From Lingula anatina (taxonomy: Eukaryota > Animalia > Brachiopoda), in contig CM120644.1 of the NCBI GenBank assembly GCA_051362555.1, positions 11,740,567-11,804,566 of the forward strand: a stretch of DNA of 64,000 bases. The letters are read 5' to 3'. Below the pieces are notes generated by a model, which worked only from the letters and a program-made list of their open reading frames with translations, was not told the DNA's origin and ran no database searches. Below are positions 11,659 to 23,312 of the stretch, piece after piece. Both the position numbers and the translations under genes were made by a program. Every line of letters starts with the position of its first letter. The first letter of the stretch is position 1.

Positions 11659-13561
11659 GATAATAATACACTATTACTACTATTAACAAACAAGCAAAAA
11701 TACCCCTTTCAACACTAGTTCAATATCATGATATCCAGAGGATAAAAAACTCGTTCTCCAAGCTATCACAAGCCCGGTATTATCAGAATTTATTTGAATG
11801 TAATTGCTGGTTTAGGAAATAATGTGAAAGCTGAAGAAAACAGAGATCGACAGATACATGAACCTCTGAGAGTTACTAGTTCTCGTCATTGCCTTGGCCG
11901 TGAATGGGTCGCAGCCCTGTTTAAACCGGGCATAAATTGCCTTCCTGTATCACGTACATTTACTAGTTAGACAACAATAAAATATCGATTCGCACTTAAA
12001 ACAAGTACCTAGGCTACAGATGTGGAGGGGTTTTTGACAACTCTCACTCCTGTCCTCTGAAGCGCTGGATCTGTCCAAGCATGGCTGGTAAAGACCAATT
12101 GTACTGAAAGATAAAGCACAGGGCGCGTCACTGAACATACAGGCAAGACCCTCGTCATCGACGGTTTACCGATACAACATAACTGGTTCATCATGCCTCT
12201 TAATCAGTACACCTGCTCTGTCACTGAATAGCAGCCATTAAAATGCCTTAAAGCGTAGAGGAAAATGTACAGGGAAGGTGTATAAAACGTACCCTTTGAA
12301 TCCGTAATGGTCGAAGACCTACCTGATACAGTACATGGGAAGGCTGTATTATGTAATGTTTATTAGCAACGTGTAAGCCCGGCTTACATATATTGGTGAT
12401 TTGTTGACGCGGCTTTTGTCAACGTATGGGGTTATTCACTGTACAGTGAGTCGACAGTGATCTATATTTGCACTTTGGCCTAGAAGAAAAGAGGTTTGCT
12501 TAAGAGCAGCGCTTGTGCCGCGGGAAGTTTCTAATAATATTGATCTTGTGAAATAAAACTTGCCACTGAAATGTGTCGCTTTCATTCCTGTTTATTTACA
12601 TTAGAACCTATTTTGTCATATGCATCTATCGACATGCCGACGTATGTAAATCACTTACAGTTTTTGGTCGGTGCGTATAGGCATCACATTTCAAGTGGGG
12701 AGAGAAAACGTAAACAAAGTGTTTCTGCGTGGTTTGTGCAGCAGAATATATTTAGCTAATTATATAATTTTTTCACGTACATGTTCCAATACATGCATAT
12801 GCATGGTTGTGTAGAGAAAGTAAATAACAAAAATAAACTGTTTAAATTCAGATAATTGGACACGCAGGATTGCAGAATATACATGCAAGTACATTTGCGA
12901 GTACACTGTAAAATTACTGTTAAAAAGTTACATATATAATACATATAGATGGCAGCACACATCAATCGTAATGACTTGTCTTGGTACAAAAACCTTTAAA
13001 AGCCATTTAAAGCATATTTTTCTAGGTCACACCCCTATATAATAGTTCAATACGTGTTATATGCTGTGAATATCATATATAGAATGTTGCGTAATGCAAT
13101 ATAGCTCTGTCACACCTGGCGCAAAAAGGTAGGCCTTACATGTGGGTAGACTACATATGGGAGACTGATTATACGCACAACTTTGAGTGTATAAATTCAC
13201 CCTGTTTACAGCATATAAGAAAGAAGGTAAAAGCAGCGTACAGACATGTTTCTGTCCGCGCATGCAAACGTACACCAACGTTTGTACTCGAGACTTGTAT
13301 ACAACGTAAATCTAACGAACCCCTTGCATTTGTGCACTTCATCTCATACGTTTGTGCTACATATATACGGTAAGTGTAACAGTGCCTTTTAATACGTCTA
13401 TGATGTTACCAATACAAGGATGCTGAATTCCCGAGAAGGCAGCTTGTTGAGCATATTGAAAATCGGAAATCATAGTTGAAACACGTTACGCAGGCGACTG
13501 GTTCTGTGAACACAGAGGTGGCTGGTACTTAGTGCCTAGAAGCTCCACGTGCCTAAAGATA

Positions 13562-13715
13562 CCAGGGCCCGTAACTCGAAAGCATCGCGCATTGCGACCT
13601 CGCGCAAGCGTCTCGATCCCATACCTCGCCCATACTCACCCCAAATAATACACTGTAGCCTCTATGTGATATCGCTATTCGCAATGCGCGATGCTTTCGA
13701 GTTACGTGACCCTGG
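13562..13715. mobile_element. Palindromic MITE-like element
   Basis: ~36-bp TIRs ccagggcccgtaactcgaaagcatcgcgcattgcga / tcgcaatgcgcgatgctttcgagttacgtgaccctgg. A related partial copy lies at about 22359-22442. No TSD is evident. Confidence 0.6.
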
Positions 13716-14321
13716 CACTCAGTACAGATTTTATAAGTCGCATAGGGGGTAATTATCAAATTTGGGCGACGTCTGTCTGCTCTCCTCTCTGTCTCAGGAG
13801 TATCAAAATTATAATACATCTTCTTGAATATTTTTAACCTTCTTCCTTTGCAATTGCACGTGATGTCTACTTTTTTAAAAGTAGACATAACGCATGCCCA
13901 AACGCAAGGAATTCGTTTAAACGTATATTTTCAGGTGACATGTAAAATCGGTGTGCTGCTCTTTCCATTGTGGGCAAATAATGTCACATATGGCGAGTTT
14001 TACAGTTAAAAATGTTTAAAAACACTCAGACTGCCCTATTGTATTGTCAGTAAACTGACTTTATTTCGAAGGTTTACAGATAATGAAAGCCTCATCAATA
14101 CCAGTGATTTAAGGAAAATGGGTCACACGTCGAAAAAAAAAAAAAAACAAAGACGCACATCCTAGTTTATCGCTGTGTAAGATTAAAGAACATACCGGTA
14201 TCAAAATCCGCCTAAACGTGTTTCACTGTGCGTGCACATGTAATATGCAAAGACAGGTGTCCCTTTTTATGGCAAGAAACATACATGCATCAGTTCTCAT
14301 TCCAGTGGTTTTATAGAGGAA

Positions 14322-15728
14322 ATGGCGACAAAAACGTTCTCCTCCTGCCTTAAGATTATCCGCCCACTGGGAGCGTTCGAAAACGTGCTTGCTGAGCTGC
14401 ACGAGTCTTACAAAAACACAGCCACTTTCACCCCTTGGATAACCTCTACAACATACTTGACAAATGACGTTTGGGAAAGAACTTTTATCGAACTTCAGAA
14501 AAGTATACCACACTTGCGTCTAAAAATTGCATGCCGAGAAGGACGAAGATACTTTCAGTGCATGGACAATCCTCGCGTCGACTTGGAAATCACTAATACC
14601 CTGTCGTCTGATGAGTGGCAAGAAGTCCACGAAAACACATTACGCTGGCGGTTTGACACTGAGAACGGGCCCCTTTGGAAAGTACACGTAATGCGCCTGC
14701 CACAAGATCGGATCGTTTGTGATATGCATGCGTTTACAACTGCACTTGGCTTTGGGGTCCACCACGCGATAGCAGATGGATTTTCAGCATTTTTCCTAAC
14801 AGAAAGAATACTGCATATACTGAATGCAAGACCACAGAGAGTCGATGGTGATGATGTTGTATCAATTCAGCCGTATTTTTACTTGCTTCTGCCAAGGAAT
14901 ACGACATTTCGTTTGGGGGGTTATGTAAAGCTGACCAAGACTTTTGGCCGATTTGTTTTTCCAAATAGAAGTCAGTACGTAAAGCGATTTCGTCCACAAT
15001 ACGCCATGAAGGATGGCTGTACAAAGACAGTGGCTTTAAAACACTCCACAGTTGACACGGAACGTTTAATGGCAAAGTGCAAGGTGCGCGGAGTGTCCGT
15101 AACTGGTGCACTTTTAGCTAGTGGCGCCATAGCCTTGGCAAATCTTGTAAAGAAAGAAAGCAAGTCACGCCCCATTAAAATGGTGATGACATATCCGATC
15201 GATATGCGTCGATTTATGCCACCGGATATCCGCCCTTCTTTCGGTTACTGCATTAGTCTAACTGACGTCAAGTTGAGGGCCTCCACAGCTGCCACCTATG
15301 GAACCTTCTGGGAACTGGCAAAAGAAGCGACTGATGGAATCCACGACAAACTTACCAGTGACGAAGCGCTTCTGAGTTGCAAAATTATGCACCGTCTTTT
15401 GTCATATGAAAAAACAATGAAACGATTTATAGTATTTCCAGGACGGCAATATGACTTTGGTGCTGCATATCACGGCGACTTTGACAAATGGTACGATCCT
15501 CTCAAAAACTTTGACCATCTCCGTGTCATAAGGCTTGTCGGCTCTAATCCACTTCACGACAGTTCAAGGCTATTCTTTCACAACCTTTGGAGGGTCAATA
15601 GCCGACTCTGCTACAACCTTGACTATGCAGGAACCGTTGTGGCTGACGGCCACGCCCACAAGTACGCTAAACTGACCTTTGACCTGATGAAGATGGCGGC
15701 GGGAGAGGAGACCGCCTGGAGCCTATAG
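14322..15728 (+). CDS. HHxxxDG acyltransferase/condensation-like protein, diverged copy 4, 468 aa
   Basis: Collinear with copies 1-3 (RPLGAFE, IPHLRL, VHHAIADG, DMRRFMPP, CYNLDY, LMKMAAGEE) but much more diverged; intronless CDS. Confidence 0.8.
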   Translation: MATKTFSSCLKIIRPLGAFENVLAELHESYKNTATFTPWITSTTYLTNDVWERTFIELQKSIPHLRLKIACREGRRYFQCMDNPRVDLEITNTLSSDEWQEVHENTLRWRFDTENGPLWKVHVMRLPQDRIVCDMHAFTTALGFGVHHAIADGFSAFFLTERILHILNARPQRVDGDDVVSIQPYFYLLLPRNTTFRLGGYVKLTKTFGRFVFPNRSQYVKRFRPQYAMKDGCTKTVALKHSTVDTERLMAKCKVRGVSVTGALLASGAIALANLVKKESKSRPIKMVMTYPIDMRRFMPPDIRPSFGYCISLTDVKLRASTAATYGTFWELAKEATDGIHDKLTSDEALLSCKIMHRLLSYEKTMKRFIVFPGRQYDFGAAYHGDFDKWYDPLKNFDHLRVIRLVGSNPLHDSSRLFFHNLWRVNSRLCYNLDYAGTVVADGHAHKYAKLTFDLMKMAAGEETAWSL

Positions 15729-15753
15729 TTTCTGTATGGAGTGACGCCTTTTA

Positions 15754-15977
15754 GGGACCATTCCCAAACCCTATCGTATTAACTGTGGATCGATCTATCT
15801 CCAAGGGGATTCCCGCTAAATTGCAATTAACTTAAGCGGCTTAGATGTCTGTCACGCCTGCTGAAGCTGCTAGGGGTTGTTAACTATCGTTTTGCAGCTT
15901 CAGTAGGCGTCCCAGACATCTAGGCCGCTTAAGCTTAAAGCAGCTTAGCGAGAAACTGCTTGGAGATGGATCGATCC
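15754..15977. mobile_element. Foldback MITE-like element just after the copy-4 stop codon
   Basis: Starts tta-gggaccattccca, with palindromic arms ggatcgatctatctccaag...cttggagatggatcgatcc. Termini resemble 60448-60678. Confidence 0.6.
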
Positions 15978-18001
15978 TGTTAGATCTGTCTAGGCAGGCT
16001 AAGTTTAATGAGTGATGATGTTTACAATTAGGTGCGTATGTTTTCCTAGAGAGTATTAATGATAAAATGGATTAGGAAATAAAACGTATACACCCTTGTA
16101 AAACCCAATGTATTTGCTATATACATGCAAAAAATGAAGACTAAAGTCCAGGCAGATCCTGACTACATTCTTGTTTAGGAATAAATCATTATGTGTGAGA
16201 AAGTACACTATCACCCGGGCGATATATCCCATAACACCTCGAGCGTCAGCGAGAGAGGTGACAGTGTACATTGTATTATTTGACATACATACAGCGAAAA
16301 AAGTACTGTCATTTTATCCTAAAACACCCCCTAAAGCCGAATAAAGTGGCCCTCTAACACGCTCTAAAGATGTTACATGGAATAAACTCGTCCACTTGCG
16401 TTGGTCACCTCCCGCCAAGTTACCACGTAATATCTGACCAATTTGGTCAATTTTTGCTAAGCACTTGTTGCGGAAGGTCAACTCGCTATAACAGTATTCA
16501 ATCAACCGTCGACACTGACCATGTGCGACTTGACTGGGCCACACCTAGCTGGGACTGCTGTGGTCCCAAGGCAAACCTCTACTTTTCAATGGTATTTCTG
16601 ATAAAGAAGACGTGTCGGATCGGAATATAGTCAAATGATTTTTAAAAACTTCAAATGACGACTAAATTTACTTTTTAGTGATATTCTGACGACGAGGCGG
16701 TTTCGGAATATACATGTGCTGGTTTTCAGAGCATTCAGGTGCATATTACAATGCGAAGGGGGAATAGGTTTGACTTTTACAGGTGTAATAGGTGAATTAG
16801 TGTGATCATATGTATGGAATTTCATGTCAGATGGACATATAAACATCTAAAAATTGTCACAAAATTTAAAAAAGATACATTTTTGCACAGCACTTGTGGA
16901 TATCTACTGTACAGTTGTCAGTTGCGAACTATTTCTAATACTTATAGAGGGTACCGGAGGAGACGGATTGTGCCGGAAGTGACATGTGTTGGTGTAAGAC
17001 GTAAAACTGATTGGTCACTTTTTAGCTGAAGGTGAACGGGGATGAAGACGTGGGCTTAGAGAAAAAAAGCAGTTACTCTAACAACACGGTAAGATAACAT
17101 TTTATCTATGTGCATTTGGGGCAGAGAATACTTGTAGAAATAATAAAAGCATGATATGAAAACGTGTCACGGAACTCAAAGGTGAAAAATCGTGCTTAAT
17201 TTGCAGTCAAGTTGTTCTGAAATGTTGTTGTCATCGAAGCTTTTTCCTTCCTCCACCTGGCATGCTCATCATGTGCCAATTAAGCTAGGCCACAATAGGT
17301 GTGTGAGTCAGGTCAGGTGGAGACAGCACGCCCCCTGCCGACGATCGTCAATGTTGTGACATCATACCTGTCATTCATGTACTTGTCATTGTCTAAGATC
17401 TTTCACTCCAATTCGGACGTGTGACAGACGATCGACGACCGCTAGCAATCTGACAGATCCTACCAACAGCAATAGCCACTGTGATCACTCTCTAATTCAG
17501 TAAGTAGACACTGTGAATACTTCAGTTTTTTTTTTAATTTTAAGGAATGTGAGAGATTTCAACGTAATTGAGGTATAATACATATACGCAATCAAAATGT
17601 CGCTTTTCTCTTGTTGCCAAGAAGGTTAGGCCCTACATGTATGAATCTATCTTCAACTTTCAGTATATAAAATGTCTCAACTGATATAATCGAGATATAG
17701 TTGCGAATGTCTAGACTATACCGAGGATATATCCGAGATTTTTTTCGATGGAGGCTACGCAGAAATGTCGCGAGAAGCGAAATAGGCTTCTGGGTAGCGG
17801 TTCGAGGCTGCCCTTCATCTTCTCTAAAGCTTGTCTAAATGGACAGAATTAAGTGATTAGCATATCGCCATGGTCACATAGCATCCCAATGTATGTATAA
17901 ATGCATGGCGCTGTTCTGCCCAGCAGACTCCACATGACCCGGCCGTTTATCACCCACGGTTTTACAAGACGTGCAGTTGACACATGTGCTGTAATTCCAA
18001 A

Positions 18002-21000
18002 ATGGCCGCACCGCAACTTGTATGCGTGGACGACTTTGAAAAATATGCCTGTGACAACCTCGATAAACATACCTTGGAGTATTACAGAAGTGGCGCAAAC
18101 GAAGAGCAAACACTGGCTGAAAACAGGGCGGCGTTTAAAAGGTATCAAGAAGGACATTAAGAAGGGGGTATGGGGGCTTATCATGTGGGGTTTCCATATT
18201 TATAGTTCCACTAGGAACAGTTACAGTTTTAACATTATATTCCAAGCAGGAGTGTTACGTTATCCCAAAGGAGCTGGGGGGGGGGGGGTGCTAGAGTATC
18301 ACCGTTTTGCAGCCTTGCCTATACGCATGAGTTGCTCAACTGTAACAGTATATATGAGCTATGTATGTAAGTTGTTAAAGATTTTGTGTATGAAGCTTAT
18401 CTGCAGTAAAGTATTAGTCATAAACTCTGTGTGCGCTTGAATGCTACATGTATATATTGGGCATTGTGCATTGAATATGTATGTTGCCACACGGTTACAA
18501 ATGATTAACTGCTGCTTCTGGAGACGTTGTAAATGGATTCCTGGCCTGTATCCCTGCTTAGACATGAACTGCATGATCCTCTGTCTTTATCTTTATCTAC
18601 ATGTATAACGCATAGGTACCGACTGCGGCCGCGCTTTCTTCATAGAGACGTCACAAACAGGGACATGTCCACTACCATCCAGGGCCAACCAATTGACTTC
18701 CCAATCTGCATATCACCATCAGGGCTTCACAAATTGGTGCACCCCGATGGCGAACTTGCCACAGCGAGAGGTAAGTAGGACAAGGTGAACGTAGTGCGTC
18801 AAATAGGTGAGCAGCGCCTCCTGAGGCCAACCTGACGACTACTGTACAGTGGTTAAAGGCATATAACTATCACACATTTTATGGCAGAAAATCGAAAATC
18901 GAGAATTCGTGGAAATATAAAGAGCATCACACCTTATATAGCAAAAACTGAAGGTTCTTGAATAAAGAAAGAGCGTCACGCCTTATATAGCAAAATTCCC
19001 GGACATTTCAAAAGCCTTTAAGATCATTTCAAAAACCGTTCCCTACTACATTTGTAAATGCTAGTATAGCATCTAAAATCTAGTTTCCTAACACTGTTAG
19101 TATATTCTAGAAGTATAATTTCAGCTGCAGCATCGATGAAAACATGCATGGCCTTGAGCACTGGCTCCACCTATAGTATGGAAGACGTTGCCAATGCCGC
19201 GCCCCAAGGTTTGCGTTGGTTCCAACTGTACATCTCCCCGGACCGCGAGATGACGAAACATCTCGTGAGAAGAGCAGAACGCAGTGGGTACAAGGGCTTG
19301 CTTCTGACTATAGACACTCCTTTGTCAGTTAGGAGACTGTCAGATACCAAAAATAAGTTTGTCATGCCAAAAGATATTAGGTGAGCTTTACTGATATATG
19401 GAGCGTACGTAAATGTATATATCTCATTGTATTATTGTAAATACGAAAATATGGATATGTAAAAATGTAGCTGCACTTTCTTGCAAACAAGTACATATTA
19501 AGACATATATATATAAATTTTCCCCTATATATTTTTTTACAATATACACAGTTATGTCTTTACATATATTTATTATAAATAAATGAATAAATGACAATTA
19601 TAATTGTTATCATTTGCTCTGGACAGAGTTCGTATGAATAATGTGATCGTTATAGGCCTACATGTATATATTTGCTTTTCACCGTAAGTAATATCTTCAC
19701 AGAAATAAAATAAGTAAAGATGTATTTCAGACTGGGCAATTTCATGGTAAATGAGGACACTAAAGACTATGACTTCAATGCATCTGCCTCCAATCTGTTT
19801 GACGCTGCGTTGAGTTGGAAAGACGTGCGATGGTTAAAACAGTTTAGTAGTCTGCCGCTGATAGTAAAAGGGGTATTGACAGGTAAAACTCATATGGGAT
19901 ACAAAAAAGACTTTTGTTCAGACTGATATACACTATGGGCAATGAGCTCTTCGAGTTTTGTTAAAATAAGGTTAAATGTTAATTAATCAATTTGTTTGTT
20001 TGTTTGTCTCTCTGTACTGTTAAATATTCTCATTTTCCTTTCTGGCTTTTGCACTTCAATGGGGTATGGATGCTATTTACTAGAGATTTGTTAGAGCTCA
20101 TAAACACGGAAGTGGTTTTATTTCAAAATAAATGCATGGAAGAATGTTGCGCATGCGCATTCGTGCACCTAATGTTTTTCCCTTTTTCAGTACGCACTGG
20201 CAGCCTCTGAATGTCATAACCATAATTAAACGTTTGATAGCAATTAGATCTTTTTATATTATACTTTGTAGCGGAAGATGCTATCGAGGCTGTCAACTGC
20301 GGTGTGGACGGTGTATTTGTGTCGAATCATGGAGGAAGAAGATTGGATTGTGTTCCTGCATCAGTGGGTGACTTGGATATAGATATGCTTCTTTTTCCTT
20401 TACATATTTCAAAAAGTGAATTAATTTTATAATGTCATATGCAGTAATCTTAATATAAATACTGAGATTTAAATGGTAGTATTCTATTTTGAGATGCATC
20501 TAGTTTATTCAAAACGGTACGAGTATGTTGTACGGGAAACAAATATGCCACCGACTACTTCCACGCAAAACATTTCTAGATATGTATTTGCAACTTTAAA
20601 TGATGAAAAAAGCTTAAAATGAACTCTTTGACGTTTGAAAACGCCTTTACATGATGTGGCACTCCCACTAGAGAAGCAATTCAAGTTCCCCATGTATTCT
20701 CATATATTTAGATAGATGTTCTTGCTGAGGTGGTCCGAGCGGTCGCGGGCAGGTGCGAGGTGTACCTGGACAGCGGTGTGAGAACTGGAACAGACGTGCT
20801 GAAGGCTTTAGCTTTAGGAGCCAGAGCTGTGTTTATTGGGAGACCCGCCTTGTACGGCCTGGCGTATGATGTGAGTACCGAAGATTATGCCGTGAGGCGC
20901 GTTTAAAACTGAAGTGGTGTGACATAGCACTGGCCGGAGACTTCCTAAATATGGGGTTTAGAAAAAACATTGCGCCGTATTTTAGAATCTATTGATCACT

Positions 21001-21565
21001 GTTCCGTACGTTGATATTAAAGTTTTCAACCCGCAAAAAATATTTTCAGATCAGCACTTCATTAATTTAAAGTTTGATGTCTCGGAATCGTAGAACCAAT
21101 CCAAGTAAATAATGTGTAAGCTATTGTGATATGTCACATGTGTTGATGATATAATTGCTCTAGACAATTTCAGGGAGAGGCGGGAGTCAGACAAGTTCTG
21201 GAAATATTGAAAAGTGAGCTTAGTTTAGCCATGGCATTATCAGGTATGTAAAGTGATTTCAAGGCATAGGGGTCATTTTTTGTCTCGGGATAAAGTGAAT
21301 TTTGATTGGTTAGCATTACTAGCATATGATTCAGATGTATCATATTGACTTTTTTCGAACAGCATTTAAATGGCTGACTATTTTTTGGCATTGTAGACCA
21401 CATTATGCCATGTATGGCAAAGGACTTCATCCTATCTTGAAAACGGCACAAAGACGCCCCGGATTCATTTGTCGCCACCTGCTACTTTCAGGTTGTGCTT
21501 GTCTGGACGATATTAAGAGGGAATTAGTCGTACACGAGAGCCACTACCTGCATCCGAAGCTATGA
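18002..21565 (+). CDS. HAO: FMN-dependent (S)-2-hydroxy-acid oxidase (HAO1/HAO2-like), 8 coding exons
   Basis: Exons 18002-18141, 18616-18770, 19125-19380, 19731-19882, 20272-20363, 20712-20870, 21174-21243, 21492-21565, phases consistent. Motifs [58 protein letters not shown]. Ends -PKL. Confidence 0.93.
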
Positions 21566-23312
21566 AATATGCCCTTTGTTCTACACCAACGAGGTTCGTG
21601 ATATTGTGAAACTGACAATTTTATCACACAGTTCCAGGATTGATTTTATACGATGCATAGAAGCATAAGAAAGCTTCTTTTCACTGTGCATTTAAAAATG
21701 AATTGGAACACCATCGATGACTAGATCTGTTATTAAAATAAATGAATCGGTTCTGGGTTGAAGTGTTTTATGCGTTTTGTATAAACCTATAGCTATACCC
21801 GGTAGATGTCAACAACGTTATCCCTTTCGCAATGAAATCGAAAGTGGTTCGTTCATTTTAAGGCACACAATTTCTATAGTCCTTTGAAGAGTTGTATTTT
21901 TGGGCAAAAGAAATGCTCCTCCCGTCAAATTTACACAAAGAAGTCAAGCACAACTACTGTACGTGATGAAATGAAATTTAAATTAAATTGACAGGTCTAA
22001 TGTGTATAGCAGTATACACTCTAGGTTGAATGTCTTCCTGTCTACTATTTTACTAGAACCACATAAGTCATATAAACGTTAATGGTAAGCATTTTGTTGA
22101 ATATCCACGATTCACTGTTATGTCGCACATTTGTTATAAACAGATTTTCCTTAACAAGTAGAAACTTTGAAAGGCTTCGTCGGTTTTGCCTACGCTTTTA
22201 TTATATGTGTGTATACAACCAGCCAATTTACGTGTTTCATAGGCACTTTTTAGGCCACTGTCCCAAACATGCCACAATTTGCTGTAACTATTGTTTGAAA
22301 ACTTAACACTGATTTTCTCTAATCGAAAATTTTGCCTCCTTTCCATGATTCGGGATTTACTCGCCCATATGATATACTCGATTTAAAAGGTGATATATCG
22401 CTATTCGCAATTTGCGATGCTTTGGAGTCGAGGTGCCTTGGTTGACGATGTGACCTACTTCTCAGTGACACCTGTGTTTCTTCACATACCGCTGTATCAT
22501 CCCGTTTTATATTCCAATCCCTAGCTTGACACTTGGGATTAAAGCCAGTTCACACGGGACCAAAATTTGGCATGCCGATGAGACGCTCCACCTTTTTTCG
22601 CAAACATAACGTACGCATTAGAACATGGGCTAATAATCCATGGAAAGCAGATATATGTCGTATCTAATCATTCATTTAGAGCAGAGATTTGGCGACTGGA
22701 CTAGAGACATGCTGCATTTAGATAGGTTCAGTCACCTTAATTGCCGTTTACCTCTCCTTGCGGTCTCAACTTGTTCAGTTAGCAACACACCAGTTTGCCA
22801 GTGTAAACCGGGTAGACATCCAAATTACCTACACAAATTTAGATAACTGTACTTACATATGTTGACATACTTCAAACTAGGCCAATTTCGATTCATTGTT
22901 ATGGCAGAGTGAGCGGTAGGCAATTCGTTGTACATATGTTTATAAACTGTGAGTCCTTCGAGAACGCAAGTTCATGTGCGTGCATGCTCGTGTGTGCTCA
23001 AGTGTGTATACAGTTTATGTCTGTGAATAGTCACTGGCTTTGCTAAGGTTTGGAGGGGGAGGGGCAAAACGATTAAATATAGTCAATATGCAGTAAATTT
23101 GAACCATGAATAAATTGTAGGACACAGGGATGCTGAAGCATGCTTGGTTTTGTATCATTTCTCTTATCATACTGTTTAGATGGGAAAAAGGCCATACATA
23201 GCTAAGGCGAGCGGGGTGTGGGGGGGGTAAGTGACCGATGCTCTTACAATCATGCTTTCTTTTTAGCAGAATACAACACATTTTGAGTAAAGAATAACAG
23301 TCGCGCATCACC

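Noticed and set aside
10620-11718. ORFs with YIYI, GGNCP and GQFPP repeats
   Set aside because: They are translations of the (TA)n tract and the 15-bp subterminal repeats of the Mutator-like element, not proteins.
1098-15728. Acyltransferases as a split NRPS or as bacterial contamination
   Set aside because: No adenylation or carrier domains are in the window. The genes are interleaved with animal LINE and MITE insertions and have splice signals upstream.
17901-18440. 179-aa ORF from the track
   Set aside because: An alternative frame overlapping the real HAO exon 1 (18002-18141) and running into the intron.
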